From: Andalucia godoyi And28
Taxonomy: Eukaryota > Protista > Jakobida
Assembly: GCA_009859145.1 (NCBI GenBank)
Contig: VRVR01000008.1
Span: 259,325-323,324, forward strand
Length of the DNA: 64,000 bases
Reading direction: 5' to 3'
How positions within the stretch are numbered: position 1 is the stretch's first letter; every line of letters starts with the position of its first letter. The translations under genes were made by a program, and so were the position numbers. This document shows positions 60,723 to 64,000 of the stretch, one piece after another. The notes beneath the pieces were generated by a model. It did no database searches. It was not told the DNA's origin and saw only the letters and a list, made by a program, of their open reading frames with translations.

Positions 60723-60935
60723 TGTCTCCCAGACTCCTAGTCTCATCATAATCATATTAATTATGCCCACCAACAGCGTCTTCGTGACGTAACAAACAAG
60801 AAAAACAACAATTACAACAGCAATAATAATGATGATGATTCAAGTTCCTGATTATCACGATGCACGACTTGAAAGTCCGGCAATAACCGCAAACGGAACC
60901 AGACAATCCGACGGTTTTTGGATTGTTGTTGTTGC

Positions 60936-60979
<44 letters not shown>
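60936..60979. repeat. (TAT)n microsatellite, about 15 units, upstream of the Cds1-like gene
   Basis: Read directly. Confidence 0.93.
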
Positions 60980-60980
<1 letters not shown>

Positions 60981-61068
60981 TGTTGTTGTTATTCTTCTGA
61001 TTAATGTATAAAGAATCCTGAGAAGGGAAAGAAAAAGGGAAGGAGAAGAAACCCGAGATTGGCAAGGA

Positions 61069-62247
61069 ATGTCTCGATTTTGCAAGGCGACGTGGGTTCA
61101 TGATGCGATCAATGTAATCCGAGCAGACTACAAACGATCTTCCGATACGCATCTTCACAAACCGAGCCTTCCTCTTCTTGAGAGCGCGGGGATCCACATC
61201 TACCTAAAGGACGAATCGACACATCCGACAGGGTCTCTCAAGCACCGTCTTGCACGATCGCTCTTCCTATACGCGCTATGCAACGGTTGGATCCATAATG
61301 GAACGACGATTATTGAAGCGTCGTCTGGGTCGACTGCAGTCTCCGAAGCGTACTTCGCACGTCTTTTGCAGCTTCCGTTTGTGGCGGTGATGCCGAAAAC
61401 AACTTCGCCCGAAAAGATTGCGCAAATCGAGTTTTATGGCGGAAAGGCACATCTCGTGGACTCGGCCGCATCAGTGATTCAGGAGTCTGAGATCCTGGCC
61501 AAGCAAACGGGGGGCCATTTTATGAACCAGTTTTTGTACGCAGAGCGTGCGACAGACTGGCGATCGAACAACAACATTGCAGAGAGCATTCTTTCGCAGA
61601 TGGAAAATGAGCTGTTTCCCACTCCGGCGGCGGTAATCGTGGGCGCAGGAACAGGAGGAACGGCTGCGACAATCTCTCGATACTGCCGATTCTCCGCTGC
61701 GCGGACCCGTGTCATCGTTGCAGATCCTGAAAATTCAGTCTTTTTCAGCTGCTGGAAGCGCCACCACAACATCGAGAGCACAGAAGGGGCGGAGGACAAG
61801 ACGGCAACGGCAGAGGCAGGAGAAGGGGAAGGGAGAGTAATCCGCTCGTCAAGGGTCGAGGGGATTGGTCGTCTGAACTGCGAGCCCTCGTTTGTACCGG
61901 GGTGTGTGGACGGCATGGTCAAGGTCCCGGATGCTGCGTCGTTTGGAGCGATGCGAGTGTTGCATCATGTTATTGGAAAGCGGCCGGGGGGATCGTCTGG
62001 AACATGTTTTTATGCTACGCTGCTGGCGGCTCGCGACATGCTGGCAAAGGGCGAGCGGGGATCGCTCGTGACTCTTGTGTGCGACTCCGGCGAGCGCTAC
62101 CTGCACACTTACTACAACGACTCGTGGCTTACCGACCAACGTATCAACATTGCGCCGTACGAACACCAAGTCGCCCAATTCATTGCCACATGCAAGTGGT
62201 CCAAAATCCCATCGATACACGATCATCACATTACGTACACTGAGTAG
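61069..62247 (+). CDS. cds1: PLP-dependent cysteine synthase-family enzyme of the bacterial Cds1 (L-cysteine desulfhydrase) type, 392 aa
   Basis: IYLKDESTHPTGSLKHRLARSLFLYALCNGWI, EASSGSTAVSEAYFARLL, QFLYAERATDWRSNNNIAESI, GAGTGGT, SSRVEGIGR, FVPGCVD, GGSSGT and LVCDSGERY. These are diagnostic of the Cds1 clade rather than CysK/CBS. Confidence 0.88.
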   Translation: MSRFCKATWVHDAINVIRADYKRSSDTHLHKPSLPLLESAGIHIYLKDESTHPTGSLKHRLARSLFLYALCNGWIHNGTTIIEASSGSTAVSEAYFARLLQLPFVAVMPKTTSPEKIAQIEFYGGKAHLVDSAASVIQESEILAKQTGGHFMNQFLYAERATDWRSNNNIAESILSQMENELFPTPAAVIVGAGTGGTAATISRYCRFSAARTRVIVADPENSVFFSCWKRHHNIESTEGAEDKTATAEAGEGEGRVIRSSRVEGIGRLNCEPSFVPGCVDGMVKVPDAASFGAMRVLHHVIGKRPGGSSGTCFYATLLAARDMLAKGERGSLVTLVCDSGERYLHTYYNDSWLTDQRINIAPYEHQVAQFIATCKWSKIPSIHDHHITYTE

Positions 62248-62318
62248 CGCTCTTTCATGCTACATAATTATTATCTGAAATTGCATTGATCCATTGTCCT
62301 TCTCCATTGTCTTATTCT

Positions 62319-63515
62319 TCATTCGTTTCCAGACGTTGGGACTGCTTGCGAGTGCGATACTGCTGGCTGCGAAGAGTCCACAGCGGCGTCCGAGTGTGGA
62401 AGAATTGTTTCTGCTCTGCGTCTGCCAGGCCAAACACGGACCATCCAGTTCCAGTAGTCGTCATGGTGATACGCATCTTCAACGGTATCAAAGTACGCAA
62501 CCGTCCATTTTTCACCGAGCTCCTCGACAACCTTTTCGCGAATTGCTTCCTGGGATCCGCGCAGAAAGACAATGTTCTGCGACGTGCGCTTGTCGACAAA
62601 CGGCGAGAGGATTTTCCAAAAGCCCCAAAACACAAACATCGGCCGCACAAGTAACAGCCGGCCCAGCCGCTCTGGATAGTAATTCTGCATTATATGCACC
62701 ATATCTGGCCCAATCTTTGTATCGTGGAACATTGCCGACCACGGATACCCATCCAAATCCACGACCCACACCATCTTTCCCGCTTCCGCCGTCGCCGTCA
62801 TCTCATCATGACTACTGCCACCAACACTGCTGCCACAGGAATGACTACTATTACTATTTGTATTGGTGTGACTACTGCTACTACCACTGTCACCACTGTC
62901 ACCACCACCACCAACAATACTGCTGCTGCTGCTGCTCGCAGCGGCATGACCAGCACTACCCGCAACATTAGTAGCGTCAGTGGTCGAGTCCGCATCATGG
63001 GACGGAGTCGGGATCGGGACCGGGTTGTATTTTTCATGTTCCGCAGCACTGCGCTCGAGTGCATCAGCATCGGCAATGCGGATGGCCGATTCGATCTGGA
63101 AGACCATGAATCTTGTCTTGATCTTCCGGTCATACGCAGTGTCCAGTCTGCATCGCATGACAATGACCGGTCGACATCTGTCATCGCGCCCACAAATAAA
63201 GTTCTTCCCGGACCGCGCTTGCCACTCTACCGCATCAAACGGCGTCTCCTCTGGCTTGAACTCGCGCCGCCACGCAATGCACTTCGACAACATCTCGTGC
63301 GCCTGCTGTACATTCTGCTTTCGCGCAATTAAAAACCGTCGTAGGGTCATGTCCGTGCACCAGCTCAGCAGCGCCGGACTGTCCAGCTCATCCGCCACCC
63401 GCTCACGCAGCTCGCGCACCGCACTACGGTCGCTCTCCTCCCTGTCATCATGGCCGCCCGTGCTACGACTGCTGCTGGCACCACCAGTCTTCTGCACCCC
63501 CTCGTCGTCGCCCAT
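62319..63515 (-). CDS. CRAL-TRIO (Sec14-like) lipid-transfer protein with a low-complexity insert, 398 aa
   Basis: First ATG at 63515. DMTLRRFLIARKQNVQQAHEMLSKCIAWRREFKP, GRDDRCRPV, MVWVVDLDG and MQNYYPERLGRLLLV...FWKILSPFVDKRT. Confidence 0.92.
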   Translation of the reverse strand: MGDDEGVQKTGGASSSRSTGGHDDREESDRSAVRELRERVADELDSPALLSWCTDMTLRRFLIARKQNVQQAHEMLSKCIAWRREFKPEETPFDAVEWQARSGKNFICGRDDRCRPVIVMRCRLDTAYDRKIKTRFMVFQIESAIRIADADALERSAAEHEKYNPVPIPTPSHDADSTTDATNVAGSAGHAAASSSSSSIVGGGGDSGDSGSSSSHTNTNSNSSHSCGSSVGGSSHDEMTATAEAGKMVWVVDLDGYPWSAMFHDTKIGPDMVHIMQNYYPERLGRLLLVRPMFVFWGFWKILSPFVDKRTSQNIVFLRGSQEAIREKVVEELGEKWTVAYFDTVEDAYHHDDYWNWMVRVWPGRRRAETILPHSDAAVDSSQPAVSHSQAVPTSGNE

Positions 63516-63746
63516 TCTCCACAACCCACACTTCGTACGAAGAAGACACTCCACACTCTTTTTTCCTTCTTCCAACTTTGTATCAACCGGTTTTTAAAAT
63601 TAAAAATAAATTTAAAAAAGGACCTAAAAACCAAAACAAACACACAAACAAACAAACACACAAATGAAATAAAGAAAGGAAAAAACGCAGGAAAGGAAAA
63701 CGATTGAGAGACTTTTGAATGGGGATTTTGCCACTTTTTCCCGCAT

Positions 63747-64000
63747 CTACGACAGTTTATTCTTGTCCAAAGCTGGGCTTTTGACTGCATTTGACAGAGT
63801 CATAATGTCAAAGAAGAAGAGGTTGAGGTTTACTCTGTTGAATGAAGGCCGACCCTTTCCCCTCTGCAGATTGCTGCTACCGGTTGTTCTTGTTGTTGGT
63901 GTTGTTGTCGCGGCAGCGTAAGTGTGCAGGTCGAGGCCCAATGAGACACTGTCAACCGATTCCTTGTAATCGATGATTTCTCCGCCACGGGGCCTCTCTC
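63747..64000 (-). CDS. Probable 3' end of a gene entering from the right edge (…ERPRGGEIIDYKESVDSVSLGLDLHTY…DKNKLS*)
   Basis: The frame is open from 63998 to TAG at 63747. A diverged copy at 53554..53623 differs partly by synonymous changes in this frame (GAC/GAT, ACT/ACC). Function not recognised. Confidence 0.55.
   Translation of the reverse strand, partial: ERPRGGEIIDYKESVDSVSLGLDLHTYAAATTTPTTRTTGSSNLQRGKGRPSFNRVNLNLFFFDIMTLSNAVKSPALDKNKLS

Overview
Eukaryotic nuclear DNA from a very compact, intron-poor genome. It holds about 23 protein genes and one tRNA-Leu(CAG), and I could find only two GT-AG introns (119 and 122 nt). All three stop codons are used normally, so there is no sign of a variant genetic code. 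The gene set points to a flagellated heterotrophic protist: an ODA-DC3-like EF-hand protein, a crescerin/TOG protein, MZT1, DNA-PKcs and a lysosomal-type hexosaminidase. A jakobid/discobid-like organism is my guess, not something the sequence proves. Recognisable genes, in order: SpoU methyltransferase, tRNA-Leu, a mitochondrial-type hypothetical, DC3-like EF-hand, TAF1, GH20 HEXB-type, SDS22, GFAT, DNA-PKcs (two exons), Ac45/Voa1-like, MZT1, CCT2, ASH2, CPSF30, a 3839-aa myristoylated PH-TPR-LRR-helical giant, a TPR protein, a TOG protein, GcnA-like GH20, a small membrane protein, SNU114 (two exons), an alpha/beta hydrolase, bacterial-type Cds1, CRAL-TRIO, and a partial gene at the right edge. 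No CRISPR array, transposase, integrase or rRNA was seen. Most notable observations: (1) an ectodomain-less membrane protein carrying a Na,K-ATPase beta-subunit-like TM motif; (2) a CPSF30 lacking ZF1 with substitutions at AAUAAA-contacting positions; (3) a bacterial-type Cds1 cysteine desulfhydrase; (4) a duplicated 74-bp uORF-bearing block upstream of GFAT; (5) a stop-inserting GAG/TAG tandem acceptor in the SNU114 intron; (6) the giant protein of unfamiliar architecture. Family assignments come from motif recognition and were not checked by database search.
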